Source of the DNA: Botryllus schlosseri
Taxonomy: Eukaryota
Length of the DNA: 64,000 nt
Direction of reading: 5' to 3'
Assembly (NCBI GenBank): GCA_051294905.1
Contig: CM119372.1
Location: 39,496,001-39,560,000, forward strand
Each line of letters starts with the position of its first letter. The first letter of the stretch is position 1. Both the position numbers and the translations under genes were made by a program. Below are positions 39,263 to 51,773 of this stretch, in pieces. Below the pieces are notes generated by a model that made no database searches, was not told the DNA's origin, and worked only from the letters and a program-made list of their open reading frames with translations.

Positions 39263-42200
39263 TGTTGTACCCTTTGAAAGAACTCAATGCGATCGGCTCC
39301 TAGGCTTTTATTAGCATAAAAGTAACCTAGTGTATCTGAATGCAACACGGCAATAAAACATAGTTGAAGCAGGTACAACGAACAGAAACGATGCCGCACC
39401 CAACTAGAACAGAATGAACTTAGTCACGACGCGAAGGCAATCAGAAATTAATCAGCAAAAACACCATGTAGTGGGCAAAAGGTACTGAAGCACCACAATC
39501 TCCCTCACTAATAAATGAAAGTCATTATTTAGAGCAGAGGTCTCAAACTCAAATGTGCTCGCGGGCCAATTTCCTACTTTTTGATGGCGACGCGGGCCGC
39601 AGCACCAAACATATTAGGGAATTCAATGTAGACGTTATTTGAAGGGATCTTGCAGACTGACGTTCCACGCGCATCGTGAAAATGTGATTAACTATTGTGA
39701 ATTCACGCCTGGCACGGCACAAAAAATCTCATTTTTAAATATATGAGTAAAATTGTTGCTGTACTTGGCATAGTTTGTCAAAATAATCAGTTGTAGACAC
39801 CATGCGAGAGTACAAATGCATCAGGACATCGTAAAAACTGTTGCGTTATAATTTCGCAGCGAGCAGACATTTGACGCGCCACAATTATAGGTAGAATTTG
39901 AATTATACAAAGATTGATCTGATACCAAAGCATTGGAGCAGTACAGTGCAGCCTAATCCGAGTTTCGGGCATAGGCCTACTCCTGATAACTAGGCTATAT
40001 TGATCATGTCATTACCAAAGTCAAATACTATCAGCGTTACATTTACCTTCGAAAATTGAAACAGATCAATAACAACTTGAACATAATGAATACTGTACCA
40101 TTGCGATAGAAATGTGCAATCGCCGAAGAATCCATTGGTGTTACAGCCGTGAAGCTTAGGCTACGACTACTTATTCCTCGCCACATTCAATTGGCGATAA
40201 TAACATATATGAAGATACCCAAGATGACACAGGATGTAACCAACTATACTTTAAAGGGGCAACATAATGCCAATGGCGGTTGCCATACCGACCTGCTGAG
40301 ATATCTAAATAAACTACGCAACGCAGGCTACGACCTTTTGATATTTTACTATTTCTCATACCAGTTTGATAGTTTATTGCGTCCGTGGTTGTACCAAGTC
40401 ACGGCATTCCGACTCCGAGTCACAAAATTCCTTCCCTGATTGTAACGTCTGACGCGACGAGTACGAGTAATTCCACAGAAGGTCGCGCCCTCAAGTCCAA
40501 ATCACAATTTTCAGTCACGAATCGTGTTTTACCATCATAAACAAGTAATGTCACGTAATAGTTGATCTTCCACTGCGTGGTAACTTTAGAAAGTGATGTA
40601 AGTAATAGTGAAGTTTGATGAGTTGTCTCAGGCTTCTGGAGTAGTTTTAGAGCGAATTTCAAGTTATAAAATTAAAATAAAAATTAGTAGTAAAATATTG
40701 TCCAATACTTCGAAATCCAAAATGCCGTCGCGGGCCGCACAAAATGGTCTCGCGGGCCGCGTGTTTGAGACCTCTGATTTAGAGGATTGTCCATATCGTT
40801 CAGGCGCGCGTCTGATTCTACTTGATCTTCTCAAAGGCGACACTTTTGCGAAGTTTCCAAATAATCTTCCTTGTTGGTAACGTCAGCTGTAGGTTCAACC
40901 AGAGACGAGTTGTCGACCGCTGACTGGTCCGGTTCGACAGCCTAGTCATCATCGACTGGAGACTGCTCGGTAGTGGATGGATAAGGTGCGAGGTTCTTGA
41001 CAGTGACCGTCGATTCCTACCCCGGATGGATGCCAGATCAAGGCATATTTGGAGTTAGCTTCGAGCCAATCGACTTCAATTCCGAGGGGGTCACATTTGC
41101 TTCTCCTTGCGAAGTTCCTAAGCAATACGAAGCCCCCTTGGAGTATCCAATCTGGAACCGATTCCGCGTCATACTTCTCGTACAGAAATTGAAAAATCTG
41201 TCGTGCGGGCACGAATTAGTAGTAGTACACAGAAGCAAACGGATAGAGTGAAGGGCATCAGGCAATACAGTTTCCCATGAACTTTCGGGTAATTTTCGTG
41301 AAGCTAAGAGCATTTTTACCGATCTCCAGACAGTTTGATTCAAACGCTCACAGTGAGAGATTCCAGTGGGATGGTAGGCCTACGGAGTAATTTTGCTCGT
41401 TGCTATGCCGTTGCGGGTGAAAAACGCCGTTACTTCCTTCGATAAGAACGAATTTAAACGATCGCCGTGAACATATTCTGGCAGACCGAACTAGGAAAAT
41501 AAATCAGTGAGACAATTAACAACCGTAGCTGAAGTCATATCTCGGCATGGATAGGCAAACGGATATCTGCTGTATTCGTCAACAATTACGAGCAGGTACT
41601 GTCGAGATCCTTCGACAGGGCCTTGGAAATCAAAACTTATTCCATACCACGGCCTAGTCAATTGGATGAGACGGTGACGGAAGTTTGATTTATAGAGTCA
41701 CGGTTTGATTTCCGAGCATATTCTGCAGTTACCGAAGATCTCTCTGACTTCATCTATAGAGAAAGGCAAGTTTTTCGCTCTAATAAAATGATGCAACTGT
41801 CGCACCCCGGTATGAGCAGGAGCTTCGTGCACATGATTGAGAGACAAGCCCGAGTTTGGCAAAGAGCAGCATACACGAGAAAATGTATCCGGAACAACAT
41901 TCTCAGTACCAGGACAATGAAATGTTTCATACTTAGAGGCGCTCAATTCGAGTTTTCACGCCGACAATTTAGCATTTTTGATTTTACTATCGTGAGTTTT
42001 GCTGAATATGAATGACAACGCTTTTTGATCGGTAACACGGCGGAACTTGTTGCGGTGAAGCAAGTAACCCATTTTTGTTTAGCCTCAATAATAGCGAGGG
42101 CCTCTTTTTCAACGATATTGTGCTTCGACTCGCATTCGGAAAGAGTATGCGACATGAACACTGCAGGTCTGCCTCTTTGACTTATAGTATGGCGGCGATA

Positions 42201-44483
42201 GCCACGTCGGAAGCATCACAAGCAACCTCGAAAGGCTCGTCGTCATATCTACAGCTTGGGCAAGCACCTATAAGACTATTTTTCAACGATTTGATAGCCT
42301 CGAGTTAATCGGTTTTTAACGGGAATTCATTGTTTCTAGTTAATGGTTTCGCCTTTTCCAAAAACAAAGGTATCCTTTAGAAAGCTTCGAAAGCTGTTAA
42401 AGGACGGTCAGACGGGCGAAGCGGCACCTGATGATAGGCGTCGCTTTTTCAGAAAACGAAGGTATCCTTTCGAAAGCTTCAAAAGCTGTTAAAGGACGGT
42501 CGGACGGGCGAAGCGGCACCTGATGATAGGCGGATTTCAGATCGATGGTGCTATATACCGTTCCTTTTGCGACTTCCTTCACACAATGCTCGATATTAGG
42601 TAGCGGATACGCATCCAAGGGTGTATATCTATTAATAGTTCCAGAGTAGTCGATCACTAAGCGCGTTCATCTTTCGTCACCAGAACCTGAGGCCGCCACG
42701 GAGAGACCGACTTCTCTATGACATATTCTTCCAGTAATCTTGACACCTCTTCTTTGGTGAATTTGGCATCATCGGAGCAATAATTTTGTGATTTCACAGC
42801 GATTGGATCGACATTCCTATCTACGAAGCGGAATATCTTAGGTGTCTCCGTAATCTTAGCGCTAGCGACGGAACAGTGAGATTCACCGATAATCAAGTCG
42901 TTTCGAGGCCCGTTGAAATTGAAAATGACGGTCTTGTGAGTTCTCAGAAACTCCAATCCTAAGATCACATCCGCGCACAAGTTGTTTACGACTCCAAAAA
43001 GTGTTTCGCTGTATTTCTGATCCTGTATTGTGAATGACAAAGTAACGTGCCCCAATACTTTGGAGGTGGAATCCTTCGATGCCAGAGTAATAGTGGATTC
43101 CGGTCCGTGCAGAGGGAGTGCGAGCGAATTAGCAAAATACAGTCTCATAAAGCATTCGTAAGCCCCCCCCCCCACCGAGTCGACCAGCGCCTCTATAGCC
43201 AATCCTGCTATAGTGATAATGATAGCCAGTATTTAAGTGATTTCGGTACTCGAATCAACAGGAAAGCTAGATCTGCCACTTCGGCGGAATTAAACGTCAC
43301 GGCACCGGCTCCACCGGCGACTAGAAATGCAAAATAAGAGGCTTTATCATAATCGAACGCTGGCGCAGTAATCTTCCGTTCTGAGTACCATTCTTGCATG
43401 CGTTAGGAAAAGGGCCTTTATATCCACATTTATAGCACTCAGCGTTTTTCGCGGGACAGACCTTTCGCAGAGGGTTGACTGCCGCAATATCGGCAATTCT
43501 TGTATCGTTTGGTAACAATTGCAACTTCACCGGTACCCTCAGTCGTTATATGAACTTAATCGCTACTAGTCGTTCGTTCAGATCCTATAGCACTCACGGT
43601 GGCAGGGACGGGAATCTATATGGTCTCGTAGGAAGACGCAAACTGCTGAGCTCGCTCGAGAGATTCGGCTACCTTAACCACTTTGTCTAATGTCATATCA
43701 TCGTGCTCTAATAATCTAAGACGAATCGTAGGCGAACGTAAGCCAGTTATCGAGGCGTTACGAACTGCTTCATTCTGATGCTCGTCGGCATTCACAGCAG
43801 CGAATATGCGATCTTCAGCGAGAGTGAGCAATTTTAGTGATACATCGGTGACGCTTTCTCCTTGATCCGACGAGCGGTGGCTTAGAGGTGTCTTGGAGTA
43901 GATCAAGTTCTTCGTTATCTTGTAGAGCTTGCATAGCGTCTCAAAAGCGAATTCATACGTAGCGAGGTGTTCTAAAAGATAACACATCCGGCGATATATA
44001 TCCGTATATAATAGCCAATTTATCTATAGTCACTTCAGCTGGAGGGTCAGAATCCGATCGATTGGGAGCCGTTGAGTTTGAAGCGGAAGCCTGCGCGGCA
44101 ACTAAGAATTTTCCAAACATCTTCTCCCAATGATTGAATATCTTCTGTGAGTCAGCCGAGCTGGGCATCACTTCCAGAACTGGCACACGTATGTACTTTT
44201 CTTGAGAGAACGCCATGTTGAGATGACGATTTATGTTAATAAAATTGTTGTACCCTTTGATAGAACTCAATACGATCGGTTCCTAGGCTTTTATTAACAT
44301 AAAAGTAAGCTAGTGTATCGAAATACAACACGGCAATAGAACAGAGTTAAAACAGGTACAACGAACAGAAACGATGCCGCACCCAACTAATACAGAATGA
44401 ACTTGATAGTCACGACGTAAAGGCAATCAGAAAGCAATCAGAAAAAACACCATCTAGTGGGCAAAAGGTACTGAAGCACCACA
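39263..44483 (-). mobile_element. Full-length decayed Ty3/Gypsy LTR retrotransposon without a tRNA PBS
   Basis: LTRs 39263-39497 and 44246-44483. 5-bp TSD CATAG at 39258-39262 and 44484-44488. PPT AGTGAGGGAGAT. gag fragments 43321-44216, PR ALVDS, RT IDYSGTINRYT and IDLKSAYHQV, RH VACDASD and IVEKEALAI, IN H..AH..C..C. Confidence 0.93.
39535..40776. mobile_element. hAT element (TIR CAGAGGTCTCAAAC) nested at the 3' end of the second Gypsy element
   Basis: Perfect 14-bp TIR. Perfect TSD ATTTAGAG. Confidence 0.92.
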
Positions 44484-45370
44484 CATAGGATGCAGAAATC
44501 TAATACTAAATATATTTTACAGTTTGTAAGATATCTCTCGTTTTAGTGATTCGACTAAAGAGTGATGCCTGGGAGCTCCTTGACTACACATTCTATGCCA
44601 GGTGAGTCGTATTATTCGCTAAGTCTGACCGTTCGAAAATGAGAATTGAGACGTATCCTTCCATTTAGTGGTCAATCAATTCTCACTGTCTTCCTGATCT
44701 TTGGCGCGAAATAAACTGTTGTGGATCTGACATTCACAACTAAAAACTCTAAATACAAACTACGTCATAGCTATCCACGTTCTTGATTGGCAACTAAGTA
44801 TTGCACTGTACAGTACCGGCGATAAAATGTAGGCGTGTAGCGGAACGTTATGTTACGGCCGAAAACTTTGAGAATTGAGAAGTCGATATGTATTTAGATT
44901 TTCGGAATAAGTGTGGCAGTCACATTCGATTATTATTAGTTGTAATTAATTCTAAACTACTTACGATGAATTGCCTTATCAATGGTGGGGCTTGGCCCGC
45001 TTGTGCCTCAATTTTCGTTTCGAGCTTTATTTTTCGAACAATAAATACTAGATTTTACAGAGAAAATATGGTGTACACGAGGAATCCCATGTAGTGAGTT
45101 AGAATTAGGACTTCCATGACGTCACGAGTTTAGAATTGTGATGTAACAGTTGATTGGCATGTATGGCTCTTTGGGAGTTGAGATGGAAAAAATAGGACCA
45201 ATATGGCTCTTCGGACAAAAAAGGTTCCCGACCACTGGTATAGACGGTCCTTAGTTTACTTTTTGATGCTGAATCCAAAACTGTTATCCGTTTTCTTCAA
45301 TCAGGTCTACTTTATTGACAAATTGCATTTGAATTTTCGAAAACTGCAGATTTCAGCGTTATGCGATTAA

Positions 45371-45716
45371 GATAGCGTAGATAGCGTAATGGTTAAGCGT
45401 CCGGCTTCTTGATCGGTAGGTCGTGGGTTCGATCCCCGGTCGGGTCAGACCAAAGACCTGATTAGTAGCATTGGTATCCATGGCTTCCCTGCTTGGCGCT
45501 CATGCATTACTGGGATAGCATGGAGGGGTGGTGCATGACTTAGAAAGCCGTAAAGGCTATATCTGCACTTCCTTGTCCAGCGGCATATGCACATCATGCA
45601 CTCATGGTATGCATATGCGCAGATCGTGTGTATGTGTATCATGAGTCGGTGTATATGCCGCAAAAACATCAAGGACAAAAATAAACTACGTCCTTTCCTT
45701 CCTTCCTTTCCTTCCA
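45371..45716 (+). mobile_element. tRNA-derived SINE with a Meta-domain-like core
   Basis: A box TAGCGTAATGG and B box GGTTCGATCCC, then GGGTCAGACCAAAGAC...TGGTATCCATGGCTTCCCTGCTTGGCGCTCA. CCTT-type tail at 45692-45716. Confidence 0.75.
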
Positions 45717-46635
45717 GATTTGTGACGCCATAAAGAGGATTTCGCAATGAAGTTTTGATGGAAAGTTGAGAAAATATTTCGATTATGACGAAGACCATTC
45801 CCTATAACAGGGGCGGGCAACATACGGCCCGCCAGCCGGTGTCCGGTCAATACCGAGAGTGGACACCACCGAGAATAGACATTACCGAGAATGCAATGTA
45901 TGCAATGCAGGCATGTTATGCATATATGCAGGTCGTGTGCATGTGCAATGTACATGACGGCTACGCCACATTCGGTGTCGATTCTTAGATATAAGTTTCT
46001 CGACAACGCGTTTTCAGTAAGTTAGATTCTTGGTCTTGGCCGTTCTCGGTAATGTCCATTATCGCGCAAACATGGGGTAATCGCGATTAGTAATCGTAAT
46101 CGATTACGACGATTACAGCATTTTCAAGTAATCGTAATCGCAATCGATTACATTCGAAAAAATTCCGAAGTAATCTTAATCGTAATCGACTACTTCCCAT
46201 TTCTAATCGATTTCTCTGTGAAAGAACGATTACTTTTTATTTTTGCAAGGACTATGACGTAAACCGAACATTCGTGAACAAGGAAGAGATATTATACCAG
46301 GCTCGTGACAGCACAAACGTCTGATTTTCGAACGCCACAGCTCATTAATACGTCAGAAACAACCTATTAGCTTTGCGCGTCATTGCGTAAGAAGTATCCA
46401 CACTAAATAGATATTCTGTGTACGTATACGTTGTACATTAGTGTCATTGTAAGAACGCCCGCCGTGCTGTGTATCAGGTTATCAACACGTTCCACACGCC
46501 ACTACCTCGCAGCAGTATAATTTATCTCCGCTCGGCCCAGTTTCAAATAGTAACTTATGGTTGATGTTTGTTAAGCTTATGATTAGTTAAACGCAATTTG
46601 ACCGTAGCTGCTTGGCGAGCAATAGGCCTATCTAG

Positions 46636-47082
46636 TAGGCTTACCATATTTCGGAAATGAAAAAAGAGGACACTTTTTCAGAAATTTCAGTCATGCAAAA
46701 CTGGAGATGAATTCTCAAAAACAGGTAAATTTCACCCGCTTCATGATCGGTTGACTAAAAAAAAAAAGGTCATCACTTCCGCTCAGAGCTCAAAAACACG
46801 TTTTTCACTCCACATTGCTAGGTGGATGACTAAAAAAAAAAAAAAGTCTTCATTTCGCTCAGAGCTGAAATCACCGCTTTTTCCTCCGAAATACCCGCCG
46901 GAGCTTCACTTCTGCGCCAATTTGCGGCATATCACTCGCAATTTCCTCTATATCTGACCTAAATTTTCAAAAAAGAGGACAAAATCTCAAAAAAGAGGAC
47001 AAAAGGGCGTCCTCCGAGGACACTTTCAAAAAAGTCAAAAAAGAGGACAAATCCTCTTAAAAGAGGACGTATGGTAAGCCTA
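46636..47082. mobile_element. hAT MITE (TAGGCTTACCATA)
   Basis: Perfect TSD CTATCTAG. Confidence 0.92.
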
Positions 47083-47386
47083 CTATCTAGTACGTACGTA
47101 CACCGGACAAAGATTTGAAATTTTGCACTCGCCAAATAAAACATTGCGATCTCCACTACGAAGCAGTAAAAATCAACAACTGGTGATATATTTATATAAA
47201 AACCAAGCCGTTTTTGCCGTTTCTCGCAACGGCAGCTTGCAGTACAATATCTGCATTAATTTGAAGGCAGAATTTTATGTTCGCTTCGTCTTATTCTCAT
47301 ATGACTCTACTTGAAAGGGCGCCAATCGTTATTTCACAATTCTTTACTCAACATTGGGACCTGCCGCCATCGCCATGGGCTTATAT

Positions 47387-49464
47387 CAGGGCTGTGGAGT
47401 CGGTAAATTTTACCACCGACTCCGGCTCCGACTCCGACTCCACACATTTTCAATATACCGACTCCGACTCCGACTCCGACTCCTGAGTCTTTAAATGTAC
47501 CGACTCCGACTCCGACTCCGACTCCTGGGTCTTTAAACGTGCCGACTCCGACTCCGACTCCGACTCCAGCATTATTACCAATTTACCTCGAAAATTATAT
47601 GCCACATTGTCGGTTGAATGACTATCATACAACCATTAAACATATGCAAACATATGATTAACTGTGGCATGCTGAATTGTTTCATTGTGGCACAGCTCGA
47701 ATTATCCACTATGCAATTAACATGAAATAAAGATTTGCTAAATATCCTTCCTTATTCAAGTTTTTATAACATGGACTCTCTAATATCCTGAAATGTATGA
47801 ATCATTCAAATATGGCAGATATACAATCCTGTATAATAAAAATGTAGATAAAAAATCCAAGTGTAGGTCTTGTGTATGACTCAGCAACTGATAAAGAAAT
47901 TGAACTTACTAATTTTGTCATTACACACTATCCTGATTACAAGCGCAAACACTCTTACTACTAGTAATAGACATTGGTCATAAATGGAATTTAGTTAAGT
48001 AGTCAAAGACCATAGCCTATGTCTATTCTACATGTACTTAATCAAGTATTCAAGGATTGGGACTTGCAGTCTTTCTTAATCATTTGTTCGACCCAAACAG
48101 CTAAGCTACACTACAAATATTTTTAATTTTGTCAAATGGGAAGCATCGTTTGGTCATATTTACATATTTTTACAATTTTACAAAACCAGCCGATGCATTT
48201 TCTCTGTCACAGTATCATGTTATAATTCCAAAAAATGCATCAATTTTGACTGCATCGCGAAAACGCATCTAGCGATTTTCTTCCCCTCTGCAACTGAGTT
48301 GTAATTTGCAAGTAATGTCTTTTATCTATATCAGGGGTGGGCAACTTTTTCGGCGAAAGGGACACCATAGATTTACGAGCCATTGCGCGGGCAACGGGAT
48401 TGTTGACAATCTTTTTTTAGTCGTCGATGGGAGCGAACCGAATTATGAAACATTGCAAACAAGACTTATATTACTACGCTCTAAAATTGATAACATTATG
48501 TCATCCAACTGTGCAGTTCGTAATCAGGCCCAGGTCGCGCGAAGCGCGAAATTTTTTTGCAAGATAACGACTGAATTAGGCTATAGCTATATCAATAAAT
48601 ATGTCGCTAACATGCATTGGGGGTCGCATCTGTATACCACTGGGCTCATTTAGCAAGGACAGGATTATTCGAAGTTTAGACATAGCAAAATCGACGGTAT
48701 TAGTGAACATGCCTCTATCATTTTTTGCAAATGTTTTGTCGACGATCTCGCTGCGAGTGCACAAGCGAAGCCGTATCTCCTAATTGCGAATATAGTTAGA
48801 CTCAATTCTGTGAAGAATATGTTTTTATAATTTTCAAAAGGGGGCTAAAATACTGAATGCAAGAAATCTAGTGACAATGAATCATGCGAAGTTCCGAGAA
48901 AAATTTCAAGTCAAATAAATCTGCTATGAAATATTCTACTTCATGGTCATATACGAAGATCTGGGATAAATGTGGCTGACCCCTGGATACGTCAATGCCT
49001 CAGAACTGTTGTTTTAGTCATCATCAAATTTCTCGGTCATGCTAACCAAATTTTCGTTGGCCTTGCAATTGTACCTGATGTCATAAATAATTTCGAGAAT
49101 TACCTCGCAGGCCACACCTAACCTTCTCGTGTGCCAAATTTGGCCTGCGTGCCACGGGCTGGCCGCACCTGATCTGTATGGTTAATAATAACAGTGATTG
49201 GTGGTACATAAAAATTATATTGAAAATTCTTTGAAAGCAAATGTTTTCCTGATAGAGAAGTTGGAGTCGGAGTCGGAGTCGAAATCATAGTCATTCTCAC
49301 AAACTCCGACTCCGACTCCAGTCAGTATTTTCCCACCGACCCCGACTCCGACTCCGACTCCAGCTATTACAGTTTTCACGACTCCGACTCCGACTCCGAC
49401 TCCATCAAGCGAAAATTACTCCGACTCCGACTCCACCGACTCCGACTCCGACTCCACAGCCCTG
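47387..49464. mobile_element. hAT element with (GACTCC)n subterminal arrays; nested 48332-49171 (TSD ATCT(A/G)TAT)
   Basis: TIR CAGGGCTGTGGAGTCGG. Perfect TSD GCTTATAT. Confidence 0.92.
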
Positions 49465-49638
49465 GCTTATATATCATGTTAGCATGGGTTGTAGCTGGAA
49501 TCAGGACCAAAACAGCAAGTCGTCCCCTATAGGGTGGTAATCGCAAGTTGAAGACTAAATTTCGTCGAAAATTGCATTATATTACTATTGATTTTTAATC
49601 CTCTCTCAGCCCCCGATGGTCAGATTTACCTGTAGAGT

Positions 49639-51773
49639 TTGTTTGAGGTAATCTTGGTGTTTGTCCACTACAACGGTCAGTTACACCAGGCCGATTTTCT
49701 GCATTTTAGATTCCGTATCTGCCGACTTGTAACACGGCCCACTTCTAGTAAGACACCGCTTACGCCAGGGTTCTCAGACCTTTCTTGGCCGTGGCCCATT
49801 TTCTGGTTTGAAAATGTGCTGCGGCCCACCTCTTATCTTGGAGTAATAATCTTGTTCAATGCGTGGTAATCGACAGCGCCGATAAGCCTATTTCTCCAAA
49901 ATATGCGCATCTTTCTCCTAATTTACTGATGATATTTAAATGTAGACCTCTCGACCCATGAAATCGCACGAAACGCGACAAAAATTGTCATGTTCAATAA
50001 ATATCCTCCAACAAACGACCATCGAAATAATCTTGGGCCCCTTCGAGCTCCCGCAATTAGGGGTTTGTATGCAGCAGTTACGGCCTTGGTAGATCATAGG
50101 CTAAAACTCTGTGTATATTATGATCGTCCACTGCTTCATTCGCGTGGCGAAACACAATGATGACATCCACGCATCCGCTGTGTGATTGGGATTATAGTTC
50201 CACTATTGTGGGGAATAATAAAATCATTCTGGGTCAGCACCTTCAAACAATTGATAGGTGAATGAGGCACTACAGAAAAGTGGAGAAAGATTTATTTAAT
50301 ATGCATGCTGTACAATGCACATTGTATGTCTTGTTCCAAACCAACCGAAGTTGCGATGTCAGAATATTCAATCCAATGATACAATCAATTCATGTGACTC
50401 TTGCATTATGTACAATGATTTCCAGGGCGGACATTTTAAACCGACTCCAAAGTTTAATGCGCTCCGCTAAATCCTCAATCCATTATGATTCGTTGTGGCG
50501 ATGCAGTATTTCCTACCTCCACCAGAAGTTGCTAATAATTTGCAATTATGGCTAGTTTTATCTTACAATAATACGATGACTTGCCTAAGTAAAGTAAATC
50601 TATACCATACCTCAATTACACTTCATTCCGATTTTAATGCACACCCCTTTCAACGGCATACGACATATAACCCTGCCGGAATACTTGGTTATTTCAGCAT
50701 TACCTTCCAGCAGGGTTGTAACCAAGTCACAAGGCGCCGAGTCACAAGTCAATCTCACTTTTTATTTTTGACTCGAGTCAAGTCGAGTCATTTTCAATTC
50801 ACCACCGAGTCAAGTCCGAGTCCAAGTCATCGAACAGAGGGTCGAGTCCAAGTCATGGTATTATGACTCGAGTCCGAGTCCAAGTCATTGTGTTGACTGC
50901 TCAGTCTCCAGTTAAAGTGTTGTTAAACCCACTTTTTATAACTCTGTTTGGTGATATCGAATGGTTCGCATTTATAATATACTAATTTTCCTCACTTTTA
51001 GCAGTTTCTGGTCTCGTTTTCAAGTACTGGTACCAATAGACGAAATACCAATCGGGTGGTTACTTTACTACTCTTCGAAATTACAATGAAATGTCGGTAT
51101 TGGCCGTCTGAGTCTCGAGTACTATGACTTGGTTCGAGTCATGTGCAATGACTCGAGTCTAAGTCGAGTCAATACACAGATTGACTCGAGTCGAGCCGAG
51201 TCATGTCTTCATTTTGAGAAATTGACTCGAGTCAAGTCGAGTCATCAGAAAGTCGTGACTCGAGTCGGACTCGAGTCGAGTCGAGTCATGACTCGAGTCA
51301 TTACAACCCTGCCTCCCAGTGTATATTCGAAATTATTTTAGTTGATGTTAGCCGTAGGTTGTTATAGCCAGTGGAAAAAGCCGACGTTGCTCCCTCCCGT
51401 TTTCAACTTGAACATGCTGACTCCATACGTGCCACTACGTCACATCAGAGTCGGATGAAAAGATTTTCGTAGCCTACGTATAATTAGATAATATGAATAT
51501 ATTTTTAGCGATTAACCTAACAAATATGACTGAGCTTACATTAATTCTAAAATTTTCTAAATAGCTTTGTGGCCCACCTCAAATGCTCCTGTGGCCCACC
51601 ACTGGGCCATGGCCCACCCTTTGAGAACCCCTGGCTTACGCGGATGAGGCGGCGAGGAGGAGCCTAGATAAACCTCCAACACTTTGAAAGGAATTCTGAA
51701 GTCGACCTCGGTCGGACTCGAAACCGCAACCCAATGGCGTTAGACGCGGATTATACCACTGCGCTATCTCGCC
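49639..51773 (-). mobile_element. tRNA-derived SINE split by hAT element 49766-51633
   Basis: The two halves join to match the uninterrupted copy at 57706-57976. Confidence 0.8.
49766..51633. mobile_element. hAT element (CAGGG.TTCTCA) with nested GACTCGAGTC-array element 50711-51311
   Basis: Perfect TSD GCTTACGC. Inner element has TIR CAGGGTTGTAA and TSD CCT(T/C)CCAG. Confidence 0.9.

Noticed and set aside
45381..45445. tRNA gene
   Set aside because: A and B boxes are present, but there is no good acceptor stem or poly-T terminator, and the sequence continues into a SINE body.
47400..49460. (GACTCC)n arrays and ESESES/TPTPT ORFs as a CRISPR array or repeat protein
   Set aside because: They are subterminal hexamer arrays inside a TIR/TSD-bounded element. 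There is no repeat-spacer structure and no cas genes, and the context is eukaryotic.
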